DNA from: the human T2T-CHM13v2.0 reference genome, Homo sapiens
DNA length: 64,000 bases
Assembly (NCBI RefSeq): GCF_009914755.1
Contig: NC_060940.1
Reading direction: 5' to 3' (one strand)
Below are positions 47,829 through 64,000 of this stretch, piece after piece. Under the pieces are notes generated by a model. That model did no database searches and had not been told where the DNA came from. It worked only from the letters and a program-made list of their open reading frames with translations. The translations under genes and the position numbers were made by a program. How positions within the stretch are numbered: position 1 is the first letter of the stretch; every line of letters starts with the position of its first letter.

Positions 47829-50745
47829 TCTTTGTAACATTTCTGCATAAAAGATCAAAGGAAATATCTCCCTCTTCTCCAAAATGTAGGAGGGAAGGAG
47901 CCACACATTTCTAGACTCACACGCTGAGAAAGAAATAAGTGTGTTGTAGGCTCTGCTTTAACATTACTATCCTGTGTTTTTTTAATCTGACCTCCAGTTG
48001 ATCACCTCTAAAGGTGCCGTGATGTTAGGTGAACTTCCTGGGTGGATTCAGCTTTTTCCATCAAATGGAAATGACTTATGGTGGTTAAAAGTGTGAACTA
48101 AGCACAGATGATGTGAGATAAAGACACTTATTGTAGGATGACCACATACTCTGCTTTTCCCAAAATGAGCTCCAGTTGACACCTGTTTTCCCAGCATTTC
48201 ACCTAGTTAGTATTCTTTTTTACTAGTGTCCTGGTTTAGACAATGAATTACATGTTCACCCTGCTTATGGGTGAAATACACTCAGCATACAAAGCCCACA
48301 GCACAGCGAAGAGAACACTAAGAAACACGGAGATGCCACAGTGTATGTGGAGCCAGGTGAGTAAGGTCAGTCTCTCTCTCCTTATCCAAGGACAAGAGGC
48401 CAATATCTGTTCAAGTTGCTCTGTATGACTCTCCCTATAGACCAGTTTAGTAATATTAAACCTGAGAAGGTGCTTGGTAAACCCCCAGTACTTTTCAGAG
48501 AATAGTCCTTTGGTAATATTATTGGAAGCTACTCATCTGTTGGAGTAGCATGCAATCAGCAACTCATACTTGTCCAATGGGAAAAATATGCTTAACTATC
48601 AACTCCTGATCTCTGTTCATTTAATCTCCATTAGAGACACCACAGGCTCTCTGTCCATGTTTTTAAAAAGAAATGAGAGCTTCTGGTTCTAGCTAAGATG
48701 AAATAAGGACATTCCATTCCGTCTTCCCCACTGATTGCAACTCAAGACTCAAAATAGAATATATAAAGAAACTATGTGCTCATTCTGGAAAGCAAATGAT
48801 TTCAAGGAAATTGGGCAGGAAAATTAAAACTCAAAGTATAATTCATAAGCTGGAGAGTATTCTAGATATTTTTTTTCACCTGTATTCAAGGTTTAAACTG
48901 GAGAGCAACCTAAATCCCAGAACTACACAGTATATGTGGACAGAAAAAACTCTAGGAGAAACCCTCTCTGTCTTGTCAGAGGATGGAAAGGGGGACATCT
49001 GCAGAGGGGAAATATGGAAGGAATCCTTGTGTGGCCTTTTCCCTCTTTTTACTCCCCAGGTCCCGCGCCCAACGCAAACACCAGTCAGGAACATATTGTC
49101 CTGTAGCAGCAGTGGCAACAGCAGACCTGCAGACCTTTAAAAATTATCCGAGATAAAATATTTCTCTCTGACAAGAGAAACTGAAAACAATAAAAAGCTC
49201 TGTGTTCTGAAGATAGTGAGGGGATTTTTGTTATCTCTCTCTCTCTCACTCTCTCTCTAAATCACTGCTTTCAGCCTTACTGGAACCTAGCTACAAGAAA
49301 AGTGTGGCAGTAAAGGAGACTAAAACCCAAATTTCCTAGTTAAAAGACCAGGAAAAGGAGCCCACAGATGCCAGTGAATATAGATGGATTCACAGAGAGG
49401 TAAGAATTAGAAAAAATAGGTACTGTAAATCTCTACGTGACATCCTGGCCTCACTGCTGAACATATGTCTGGAATTGACCTGACACAACACAGAAAATGC
49501 TTTGCAAAGTGAACTAGAGAGTAGAAACACTATCCAGGGTCTATATTGGTCTCTGGGTAGTACCCTTATGGGGAGGACCAAAAGGCACCTCCAGCTGATC
49601 AAAGCCTTTGAAAACTTAACTGACATAGAACCACAGACACGGAAGTCAGGTCAGGACTTGTGATCTGAACCTAAGAAAGTTAGGACCAGCTAAATAAAGA
49701 ATACCCATCCTATCTACATAATTTTAACAGGATCCAGATTCTCATAGCCTAATCTTCAAAGTCACCAGGAAATCATTCAAGTTAGACATTAGAGGAACCA
49801 GTACAATATCAATGACTCAAGGAAGGAGACAATCTACAGACACTAATTCTGAGATGGTCCACATTTTGAAATGATCAGACAGACTTTAAAGTAGTCATTA
49901 TAGACATGTCCTATGAAACAGCAGTGACCAATTATTAAATAAATGGTAAGATAGACAGATTCAATGGAGAATAAAAACTCTAAAGAGAATTCAGTAGAAA
50001 TTTCAAAAATAAAAATTATAATAACAAAATAAAACAAAAAATAATTGGATCATAAAGGTGATAAAGGAAAAATTCTTTGAACTTGAACACAGATCAAGAA
50101 ATCTTATCCAATCTGAAAAACAGAAAGAAAAAATGTAAAAACATAAGTTGAACAGTCTTAAAGACCAGTAGAACAATATACAAGATCTAAAATTTTTATT
50201 ACTGGGGTTCTAGGAGAAGAGGAGGAAGAATTGGTTCAGAAGAAAAAGATTGAGAATGTAATGGCTGAAAACTTTCCCAAAAAGTGAAAGATGTACATCT
50301 ACAACTTCAAAAACCCAAGTGACCCTTAAAACAGAATAAACTCGAAATAAACCATGCTCAGAAAAATTATAATCAAAGCACTGAAAACTACAAATAAAGA
50401 AAAATTCCCAAAGCAGAAACAAAAGTGATGCATTATATTCAAATGAGTTATAGATTTATCATCACAAACCATAAAGAACAGAAGATAATGTAACAGCATT
50501 TTTACCATGCTGGGAGGAGAAAAAGAAAACTGTCAACCCCAAATGTTATATCCAGCAAAAATATTTCTTAGGAATATTCTCATATAAAGTAACAAAACAA
50601 ATGTATATGTATATGCATCTAAAAACAGCAATTCAAAATACATAAAGGAAAATATCATAGAACTGAAAAAAGAAACAGACTAATTCTAAATTATGTTTGA
50701 AGACATTAACACTCCTATCTCAGCAAACATTAGAACAAATAGAGA

Positions 50746-51056
<311 letters not shown>

Positions 51057-51314
51057 GAACAAATAGAGAAAAAAAGTACATATATAAAACACTACCACTC
51101 AACTTGACCTAAGCTACAATTATAGAACATTTTATCCAACAACAGTGGAATATATATTATTTTCAAATTTACATGGAACATTCACCAAGATAGAACGCAT
51201 TCTGGGTCACAAAACCATACATTCATGACAAAAGAACAAATCTTTCAGCAAACTAGAAATAAAAGAAAACTTTCCTAATCTAATAAAGACCACTTATATA
51301 AATTCTTAAAACAC

Positions 51315-51925
<611 letters not shown>

Positions 51926-53027
51926 ACAAAACAAAAACATATGGCTAGCATTAAATCAGTGGTGAAAGACTGAATGTTTTCCCTCTTACATTGGGAATAG
52001 GCAAGGATGTTCACTCACCATTTCTATTCAACATGGTACTAGAATAAGTTAAATGCAATAAGATAAGAAAAATAAATAAAACTCATACAGATTGAAAAGA
52101 GGAAGTTAAATTGTTTCTATTCTCAGCAGATGTAATTGTCTGTGTAGAAAATTGCAATGATTCCACACCAAAGCTCTTACATATAAGAAGTAAAGTTAGC
52201 TTCCGTATACAAGGTCAATATGCAAACATCAATCTTATTTCTTTACCCTAATAATGAACAATTAGAAACTAAAATTTAAAATATAATATCATTTACAATA
52301 GTTTAGAAAATAAAATAACTAAGTATATATCTAGCAAAGTGTGTGCAAAAGTCCAGAACGTGGATGAAAGAAATCAAAGACCTAAATAAACAGAGGGATA
52401 TATTGTGTTTACGGATTTGAATACTCAATGTTGTCAATTCTTTATAAATGAATCTATAGATTTAACAGTCATAGTAGAAGTCCTAGCAATTTTGGGGGTA
52501 GATATTGACAAAATTATTATGAAATGTATATGAAGAGGTAAGGAACTAAAAAAACCTAAACAATTTTGAAAAAGAACAACATTAGAGGACTCACAGTGTA
52601 TGATTTTAGGACTTTCTATAAAACTACAATAATGAAGACAGTGTGGTATTGGAGAAAATGTAGATACGTAGTAGGATCAATGGAACAGAACAGAGAGTCC
52701 AGAAATAGACCCAGCACATGGGGTGCATTGATGTTTCACAAAGGTACAAAGGCAATTTAGTAGAGAAAGAATAGACTTTTCAACAACTAGTCTGGAGCAA
52801 CTGGACACCTATACACCAAAAAAAAAAAAAAAAAAAAAAAAAAGAATGTTGTTTTATACCAAACACCTTTATGACAAAGTACTGAAAGTGGATTTTAGTC
52901 CTAAATATAAAATGTAAAACTGTAACACTTTTAGAAACAAAAAACATCAAAATCATCATGATGATGGGTAATGCAAAAAATTCTTAATATAGCATGAAAA
53001 AATACATAAAATAAAACTGATAAATTA

Positions 53028-53335
53028 GGCTGGGCACAGTGGCTCACACCTGTAATCCCAGCACTTTAGGAGGCTGAGGCAGGTGGATCACTTGAGGTCA
53101 GGAGTTCATGACCAGCCTGGCCAACATGGAGAATCCCCATCTCTACTAAAAACACAAAAATTAGCTAGGTGTGGTGGCACATACCTGTAATCCCAGCTAC
53201 TCAGGGGGCTGAGGCACAAGAATCTCTTGAACCCAGGAGGTGGAGGTTGCAGTGAGTCGAGATCACGCCACTACACTTCAGCCTGGGCGACAGAGTGAGA
53301 TTCCATCCCAAATAAATGAATAAATAAATAAATAA
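53028..53335 (+). mobile_element. AluS with (TAAA)n tail
   Basis: Full dimer. Confidence 0.94.
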
Positions 53336-53415
53336 AAATTAGCCTTAATAAAAATGAAAAGCTGTTGTTCTGAGAGAGACGTCATTAAGATAATAAGAAC
53401 ATAAATTACAGCATA

Positions 53416-53716
<301 letters not shown>

Positions 53717-54914
53717 TTACAGAATGGGAGGAAATATTTGCTAATGGCACATCTGAAAACTTATATTTAGACTATACACTCACAGATTTATGTGTATATT
53801 TATATTTATATGTTGTACGTGTATAGTCAAATCAACAATAAGATAGACAACCGAATAAAAATCGATATGAAAATCGAACAGATATAATAACTTATCACAG
53901 CACACCTTTTAGAGTGCCTTTGAATAAAATAACAATACCAAGTGTTAACAAGGTAGCAGAGCAGCTGAAACTCTCACACATTGCTGGTGGGACTGCAAAA
54001 TGATATAGCTACTCTGAAAAGTATTTTCATAGTCTCTCATGAGGTTAAATATACCCTTATATTATGACCAAGCAATACTACTAGTAAGTATTTATCACAC
54101 AGAAATGAAAGCAGAGGTTCACACGGAAACTTTCTCATGAACGTTTATAACAGTGTTATTCATACAATTCTAAAACTGGAAACAGCTCCAGCCTCCTGCA
54201 GCGGTAGAGAATGGATTAAAAACAAAATGATTCATCCATGCAATGGAATCATACTCAGCATTTTATTGTTGGTGTACACAACAACATGGGTGAATGCATT
54301 ATGTTTAGTTAAAGAAGTCACTATCAAAAGATTATTCATTGTAAAATACCATGCATATAACATTCCAGAAAGGGAAAAACTCCAGAGAGAGAGAGAGAGG
54401 AACAGATCAGTGGTTGGCAGGGGTTATGGGCCTTGATGAAAAGTTTGACTGCTAAGGGGCAGCACCAGGAAATGGTGGAGTTGAGAGAACTGTTTTGTGT
54501 CCTACTGTGAATGAGGTCACATGTCTCTGCATTTGTCAACATTAGCAGAATTGTACATCAAAAAACGAATTATACAAGATGTACATTAAATTTCACTGTG
54601 TGTAAATTTAAGAAATTAAATAGTGACAGTGGAAAAAATAGTCCTAGGATCAGTTAGATCACAAGATTGTGTCTCCTCAATTCTGAGCTCTTTAAACCAC
54701 CCTGGCCCGCACAACAGACACCCAGCAGTGACATAAAAAGAAATGGTCTAAGGTTGCAGACATGGTCCCGTGTGCTGGAAATAGGAGCATCAGTTGACTT
54801 GACTAATAGTCAGAGTAGGAGGATTTGGTTACGTTTTCTAAAATTTGCAAGTCTAGAGCAAAACAATTTATGTCTTATGAAGGGACAAGTTTCAAAAATG
54901 GACTCTCAATAACA

Positions 54915-55400
<486 letters not shown>

Positions 55401-55424
55401 TAACTTAGCTTAAATTCAGGTGGA

Positions 55425-56075
55425 AAGTCCATCCACCTCAGAAGTAACCACTATTCCAAATGATGTTCATTATTTTACTTGATTTAAAAGAAATAGTTCT
55501 TGCACGCATACACATAATTTAGCTTAATTCGTTAATATACTTTTTTAAAATAGTATCAAACTATATCTTGCTTGTGGGACTTTGTTTTTCAAACAATGCT
55601 CCTAAATCAAACCCATAATGATTTGTTCAGCATTCATTTTCATGGCTGTATGGTACTTTATTGTATGAATATATCTAAATTTATTTACCTATTTTCTTCT
55701 TCTGGAATTTAGGTTGTTTCCAAGTCTGTTTGTCTATTTGTTTTCACAGTAGATAATGCTGCTAGGACCAATCTTATATGTGTTTCCAGGGAGTCATGTG
55801 GGAACATTTCTCTGGAGTAAAATTGCTAGGCATAGAATTGCTAAGTTGTGAAGTATATGCAAATATCAAATTTCACAATATAATATAAACTTGTTTGCCA
55901 AAGTGCTTGGACAAAATTATACTCATACCAAAAGTTTATAAAGTAATCCTCTTCATCAATACCCTTTCCTACCCTTATGATTATTAAGACTTTTTAAGTT
56001 TTGCCAACCTACTGGGCACAAATGTTATTCTCACTGGGGCTTCTTTTACATTTATTTGTTTTCTAATTTTTTTCA
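55425..56075 (-). mobile_element. Ancient L1ME-like fragment
   Basis: CATTCATTTTCATGGCTGTATGGTACTTTATTGTATGAATAT...TTTAGGTTGTTTCCA. Confidence 0.65.
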
Positions 56076-56786
56076 TATTATGGAATACATTAAAATTATC
56101 ACATTGTTCCTTGTTCTTTCATAAGTAACAGTAAGACTGCTCTCATCTAGAAGTGACTTACCCAGCAGATTTGGACATTTCAGATCCCATGTGGGTATAC
56201 TGAGGGTTGAAGGGATTAATATCTCATTCTACTAATATACCAAATAAGTTGGGGAGGTCTGGATAAAGAATAAAATGGATAATGGTGCCTAGGAGAACTG
56301 GAGAACTGTCTACAGACCCAATTAATTACCCACATGAGACTGACGACTTTCATACACACGCAGATAAGTTCAGATGTTGATGGGAACAAGGAGGATAGAA
56401 ATTCTTTCTAAGGAGACTTCTCCTTGATGTATTTTCTGCTAAAAATTGTGTAATGTGCAGTTGCCAAAGTCTTGGGCCCTCAGCATCATTGAGCAAGTGT
56501 AACAGCATGGGGTTTCCCAGCCCTATAATTCGCTTTCACAAGACAAATGATTCTATATTTCTCAAAGCTATTGTTAGTTGGGCCTTTGTTGCATACAGTC
56601 TAACATGTTGCTAATTGATATACATCTCAATATTTGTTGAACACCTCCTATTGTCTTAGCACTAGACATCTTAATAATGTCAATAAATAGAGAAAAAAGT
56701 GCACCTCCAACCACTGTCATCAAGAAGTGATATGTAAGAATAAAAGATAATGGTAATAATAATATCCATCATTCTTGAGAGACTTC

Positions 56787-57165
<379 letters not shown>

Positions 57166-58084
57166 TAGACAAGTAACTTGATGTTCAGCTGACTTCTGTC
57201 ATACCAAGATCATCTAATAAGTTAGTGGTAGAATATGTGTTCGAGACAGGTTTATGAAGCTCCAAAACCCACACTCTTTCTCCTAAGACTTTTTCATCCA
57301 CTTCTACCACTAACTTATTCCCTGACTCAGCTTCGCAATGACACAATAGAATTCACATATGAAAGAAACATTCTGACACCAGTAATTCAAGACAAATGCT
57401 ACAGTAAGACCTGTGCACCAGCTGCAAATGGCGCATTGGCATAAGGTAACTGTACTCAGGTGGGAATTCTTACATCTTCGTTTGCCTAGATTAGTCCTGG
57501 TTTATTTCTGTTGTCCCATCCAGTTAGTGGCTCTGTTAACTCTCAAAAGTGTCCCAGTTTTCCTTTCTATAGGAAACATCAGGATGACATCCATGTACAT
57601 GAAAGTCATGGTTTGCACCAAGAATTAATGTCTTATGGGCTAATGTTTCCACTCAGTTGTCATCATTGTCATCAACGTGTTTCTTGATGTCTGTCATAAA
57701 GTGTCACTATAGATGTTTGCATGTTCCTCTATTTTTCTGCAGCTGAATATGTTAAGGAGAAAATAGGGTGTTTGTGACTTTTCTTAAGCTGAAAATCATT
57801 TTGAAGTTGCGAGCAACTCCTTTAAGAATTAATTTAACAGTCTGATCACAAGCAAAGGATTGCCACTTTGCAATCAGCTTTCTGGAGTTTTGAGAGATGA
57901 CATTTAAAGAGCTGGAGATTTCTCAGCACTGCAGCATTTACAGGTGCAGCCAACACATTGTTATCTTTGCTTCTGAAATTCAGGCAGCACATGGATAATT
58001 AAAATATATAGAAAACTCCCAGCCATATTTTACTCTTAAGAGATGCAGTAGAATATTATAGTTAGGCGTTCAATTGGATGTAAG

Positions 58085-58320
58085 ATTAGAGATGGGAGGA
58101 CATAGTATTACTCGGAGATGGTCTCTGTAGGCAAACTGCCTGGGTTTGAATTTAGATTATCCCGCTAACCAATCATGTGGCCCTCTTCAAGGTATTTAAT
58201 TTATTTATGAAATATAAATTTTAATAAGACACGGAGACTCTACTGAAAATTATATGATAGAACATATGCAAAGCAGTTGGGATAGTTCCCTAGCCTATAG
58301 CAAAAATTTGATCTTATCAT
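58085..58320 (+). mobile_element. MIR
   Basis: CTGCCTGGGTTTGAAT...TGTGGCC...TATTTAAT degenerate MIR. Confidence 0.55.
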
Positions 58321-58550
58321 TGTTAACTTAAAGAGAGATGGAGGGAGTGCAATACACATCTGGATTCTAGAGATGAGGGTCAAACACTGGGGAAAGTGAG
58401 TATCAATATCTATTTTTACCTTTATATCTAATTATGCAGAAATTCATGTCAATGAAATATTGAAATGCATCTTTCAATCTCCTTCACTTTTTGTTATCAT
58501 CTCTTTCACCAGCCTAGTTGTAGCCACCAGTATCTCTTCCCCATAGCTTC

Positions 58551-58849
58551 TTTTTTTTTTTTTTTTTTGGATGAAGTTTTGCTCCTGTTGCCCAGGCTGG
58601 AGTGCAATGGCATGGTCTCGGTTCACTGCAACCTCCGCCTCCCGGGTTCAAGCGATAAGCGATTCTCCTACCTCAGCTGGGATTACAGGCATGCGCCACC
58701 AGGCCCAGAAATTTCTTATTTGTATTTTTAGTAGAGAAAGGGTTTCACCATGTTGGCTAGGCTGGTCTCAAACTCCTGACCTCAGGTGATCCACCCAACT
58801 CAGCCTCCCAAAGTGCTGGGATTACAGACATGAGCAATAGTGCCTGGCC
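58551..58849 (-). mobile_element. AluSq/Sp-like with small internal duplication and deletion
   Basis: TSD CCATAGCTTCTTTT; AAGCGATAAGCGAT duplication; sits in degenerate L2 sequence. Confidence 0.93.
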
Positions 58850-61800
58850 TCCATAGCTTCTTTTATTAGTCATGTTGCATCATCCACTTCTTCTCTCTTC
58901 CTACCCCTTATGAACAGAGTAGCTAAGTGGCTTCTGGAAAAGTAAACATAATCATGAAACTTGGTTGTGTAAAGCCCTTCGTTGTCTTCCCACGGCTCTC
59001 CTGATGTGCTCAATAGGGTCTGGGTAAATCCATTTTACTGCCCTTCCAGGTTTGTCAGGTACCAATTTGCCACTTGCCTACCATACTCACTCCATATATA
59101 TTCTCAATTCCTTATTGAAGGCCTCCCCCACTGAAGAACCTGGGACATGTACCCCTCACTAACTCTCTTGTCTTCTGTGTACATCTCAATTATTATTAAG
59201 TGTCAGTTTAAATGGTGTGTCTCCCAGGGACCCTCCCCTTATCACTCAGACACAGGCAGCTATCCTGTTTTTTGGTCTCCAAAACTGCATTTCCTACAAC
59301 CTATTCCTTGCTTAATAACTTTAATTAGTTACTGAAACCCAGCCACTAAATAGAAATACAAAAATGAAATATTTACATTGATATTAATGGGAAAATTATT
59401 GGTAGTTCTGTATCAAATCAGTATATCTAAATAATTCATACAGCTAGGAATAGCATATAGGAATTGAATGATAAGAAAGTAAGGAATAAGCAATAGCTTG
59501 AAAGTAAATAAACAGTCTGCATGTGGAATGTAATCTAATGAAGATTTTACCAGTCAGGGTAGAAAGAAGAGCTGACTGTGGATAACAGCTAGAAAAGCAG
59601 TGAGAGGAAAAGGAAATTATTTGGAAGAATTCTTTCTCCTGTATAAATGTCCCAACATTTTGGGGGAACTCATGCTACCTTTCACTCAAACTGCACTTAA
59701 AAGCAAAGTTATAGCACAGAAAAATATCTTTATAGCAAAATTAAGACTAAACACAAAAGTCTTTAGTTTTTGCTCTGAAATAATACTTAAGTAAAAAGAA
59801 CATATGAGTAAGATGCTATATCATCATCCCTCTCACTTGGCATATGCAAGATATTTGAGGTTCATGTAAACATTGCACATAATTCAAATTTGTTACACAT
59901 GACATTCTCTTACTAGAAATTCTTATGAAGAGAAAATGGATTGTAATGTCCAAATATAACTGCTTAAAATGTGCTTTATGAGAAATTTTACTGAAAGAAA
60001 GGGTTTTATTAAGCTAAAAGTAGTATACATTTTCAAAACAGCTTATAACTTCAAACTTTTAAATTATATATGTAATACATGTGTGTATAATTGTGTTAGT
60101 TCTAATTTATAACTTTAAGTCAATAACTAAGATATAATTCTCTAAGGTAAGTCTATAATTACACATTTACTTGCATAAATATTTGTTTAATATTCCATCT
60201 CTACCACTAGAGAATAAACTCCATGAAGGGAGTTTACTGTTGTATTCCTGGCACCTGGCACAGTGCAATAAACAATGTCTTAGGATAGTGTCCCATGGTA
60301 CAGAAATCGGAACCAGGAAAAAGCAAGGTTGAATTGAAAGCAAGAAATAAGCAAGTTGGTGGAGGGATAAAGAAAGGAAAGATCTTAAACTATTACCATG
60401 AGAGAAAGGGGTGGGGGACTATGTGACAAACACACACGTTATTTTCATGCATTTTTTATACTTAAGCTGGTAAATAGTTGATTGTTTTTGTTTCTGCATT
60501 TAGACCCAAAAGTAGAAAAGATGCGATCGGTTCTCTGTATAATGTCTCTTTTTCTCTCTGTCTTTCTATACAAATAAAACATCTGATGTGATGGTTGTTG
60601 CGGGAAGTGACAAGACTCAATAAATGGCTTGCATATTTCACAGGGTAATTTATTTCTCAAAATACAAATGAACAATATAAGTTGTTATGTGTGCCATTAG
60701 CTCAGTGTGTGATGCCACTACAACATATATGCTAAATCATGTGCGAGCTTTGTAACACCTTCTCTCCTGGTTTCAGCACCGTGGGTTTGGACAGCTCCCT
60801 TTGGCTAGGCAGGTTTGGCCTTTCTAAGCCACAAGTTCAATGAGATTCAACAAATAACCTTTGTACATGCTAAGATAATTTAAACATGAGACAATGTGAC
60901 CGAAAAACCACAACCCGAAGTCTTTTCCTACAGGGTGAAGCAAAATGTGCAGCAGCTTTGAAAATGACCTTCTTAATGAAGACATAGGTTGGACTGGTAG
61001 CGAAGTTTTATTCAAGTGCGTTTCAGATTCATACCTGTTTTCAATCTAGTTAAATCGCCCCCCGCCCCACCCTGACCCCTGCCAAAAGGGAAAGAAACAA
61101 GTTTGACCTATCTTGAGCCAAAGTCACACTGTTCTGGCTGTTAAGAATATGATTAGCTTCTGAGAGTGACTGACGCCCTGGGTTTTCAATTATGTTAGAA
61201 TTCTGGAATAATGGAATTTCTTATGAGGTCCATGAAAAAGTCTTATAGACTTTCAACAGCAACTTCCTTCTCCTTCCTGGGAACCAAATTTACTTCTGCC
61301 AATCAAATTCTGTTTACTGCTATCTGGACATACAGGTTTATAGTTTGGTCTATGTCAAAAGATCTGAAAAGTAGTGGTGCATTCAGTAATTCTCCTAGGT
61401 TCAAATGCCAATTGATCTTGCTTTCACGGAAGTTCATTAGTTTTTTTCCAGCATTAAAAATTCAGACAAGTATTATTTTAATGAAAATTGGTATCAGTCT
61501 AGGCCATAAGTAAAAGTAAGACCCCATTATCCATATGGAAACCTGTATTTGAATCCTAGATTCACCACTGACAAGCAGTGTGAATTTGATTATTGCTTAT
61601 TTCCATGTGGTTTAATTTCCTTATCTACAAGGTGGGAATTACAGCAATATGTAATATGGCAGAGTCCCTGGCATACTACTATTAGCAGTAGTACAGAAGA
61701 ATCAATGTCATGCTTGGTATTATTTTTATACTTGTAGAGTTTTTAAAATGAAATATAAAACTTAGAAACCATTTTTCAATGAAGAAACTGCTTTGGATTA

Positions 61801-62066
61801 ATATTTTAGCCTTTCACCCAAGAAGTGGAGATGCTGAGATACGAATTCATCTCCTGTAACTTTTAGAGGCATTTTTATTGATAGAGATTGAGAAACATTA
61901 TTGTAAGTTTTCCAAATTGTATATGTGGTTAAATTAAATGCTATAGTTATAATTTACACACACTTCCTGAGATAAGCCCTATGCTTTTATCAGATGCAGC
62001 TCTAATTTTTGGTTTGCATTTTTGTTGAGTTCATTACCTGGTAAACACTTATAAATACATGAATCA

Positions 62067-62396
<330 letters not shown>

Positions 62397-62445
<49 letters not shown>

Positions 62446-62451
62446 TATATA
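62397..62451. repeat. (TA)n microsatellite at Alu tail
   Basis: ~27 TA units with one TG interruption. Confidence 0.96.
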
Positions 62452-62454
62452 CTT

Positions 62455-64000
62455 CAGTTTGTCTTCCAATATGACTGAGAACCCTTTTACTATACTGAGC
62501 CTGCCATAAATAATAACTATAAACTCCAAACAAAATAAAAACATAGCCACTTGAAGGCACTTGGAAACAAACAAACAAAACATGCATAGATACATGAAAA
62601 GAATCATTATTTGAAAGAAGGGAATGACACTGGGTGAGTTTCCCATTTTCACAGCTTCTAGCTGATGGCAAGCACCCCAACATGCTATGCTGGGTGATTA
62701 AAAGTCCAATGGAAAAACCGCAGTATGTTTTACCTAACAAACCAGAGGATAGAGATTGGGAGAATCATAGCTACAAAAAGTGAAAAGGGTTCCAAAAACA
62801 GAGAAATAAGAGGAGGACTCTAGGTTTTGAATATAAACTTTACCTGAATCCCTGACTGACTGTTGAAATACCCATGCACAGGAAAGGCTACTAGCACGCA
62901 AGCTACAGAGAAGATAAGTAAACTGAGGTTGGAGTTGTTTCCCAAAAGGTAAAGGTTACAGTTTGAGTTCAACAACCAACTTAATTTTCTGCTAAAACAG
63001 AAGAGTTATCAATAGGCTTTGGAGGAATTTAACAAAATTTAAAGTCTTGGCAACATAATATCAAAATAGCCTCAATACAATCCAAAATTATTTACCATAT
63101 TAAAAAAAGGCTAATATGATTGATGTGCACCAAAGAAAGACAATCAGTGGAGACAAACCTGGAGATGCTAAATAATTGGACATTTTTTAAAAAATTGTTT
63201 TAAAACAGCTATTATATTTATGCTCAGTGATGTAAGTAAACCTAGGTTTATAATAAATAAAAAGATAAGAAGTATCATCAGAGATACGTAAACTATTAAA
63301 ATGAAGAAAATTGATATTTTAGAAGTAAAAAAAATTTGAAATTAAAATTTACTGGATGAAATTAAGTTACATTAAAGATCATAAAGAGTTGGTAAACTTA
63401 AATATAGATCAGTGAAAAAGTATCCTATCTGTAAAACCTAGAAAAAAGTAAAAAGAAATTGAGTCTCAAGGGTCTGTAGGACAATATTGAAAGATCTAAC
63501 ATATGTGTAATTGAAGTCCCACTGAAAAGACGAGAAGGAATAGGGCATGGTAATTTTTTTAAGATCTAACGTCTATAAGTTTTGCACATTTGGAGGAAGA
63601 AATGAATTTACAGATTAAATACATATAGTGAAGCCCATTCAGAATAAATATAAAAATTTCATGTCCAGAAATACCGTAAATTGTTAAAAGCAAGAATAAA
63701 GAAGCTTAAAACCCGCCAGAGGAAAAATATGACATACAGGGAAATTATTATTGACTTCTCATTAGAAACAATGGAGACCAGAAGATGATGTAGTAACATT
63801 TTTAAATGTTGAAAGAAAACTAAAAATAATCCAAAATTATTTTAATATATACTTTAAAAATTAAGATAAAATATATGTATTTCCAGATAAAAGAAAACTA
63901 AGATAACCCATTGACAGCAGATGTCCAGTATAAAAAACCCTAAAGGAAGTTTCTCAGGGTGAAAACAAATGATGCCTGTTGGTAACTCAGTTTTTAGAAA
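62455..64000 (+). mobile_element. Ancient L1M 5' region / ORF1 remnant (runs off window)
   Basis: ORF1-like GGTCTGTAGGACAATATTGAAAGATCTAACATATGTGTAATTGAAGTCCC and GACTTCTCATTAGAAACAATGGAGACCAGAAGA. Confidence 0.75.

Noticed and set aside
47431-47914. 157-aa and overlapping ORFs
   Set aside because: Low-complexity translations of the GA repeat

Overview
Human genomic DNA. The best species evidence is an AluYb8 at 50746-51056 that matches my recalled consensus; this subfamily is human-specific. The window is AT-rich and appears non-coding (gene desert or large intron). I found no credible protein-coding exon, tRNA/rRNA gene, CRISPR array or CpG-island promoter. The ORFs in the track are Alu/L1/LTR-derived or chance ORFs. 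Roughly half the window is interspersed repeats: about 25 Alu elements (most with readable target-site duplications, TSDs), L1 fragments from L1ME to L1PA2/3, MaLR/ERVL solo LTRs (MLT2A2, THE1B/C/D, MLT1, LTR33), L2, MIR and hAT-Charlie MITEs. The most notable structures are four independent 5'-inverted (twin-primed) L1 insertions of very different ages, one of which shares a single 17-bp TSD with a downstream Alu, and a pristine AluYb8 that may be polymorphic. Several repeat-free islands carry enhancer-like motif clusters. I cannot name the locus and see no support for a novel biological system. Subfamily calls come from remembered consensus sequences and need RepeatMasker/Dfam confirmation; boundaries of old elements are approximate.
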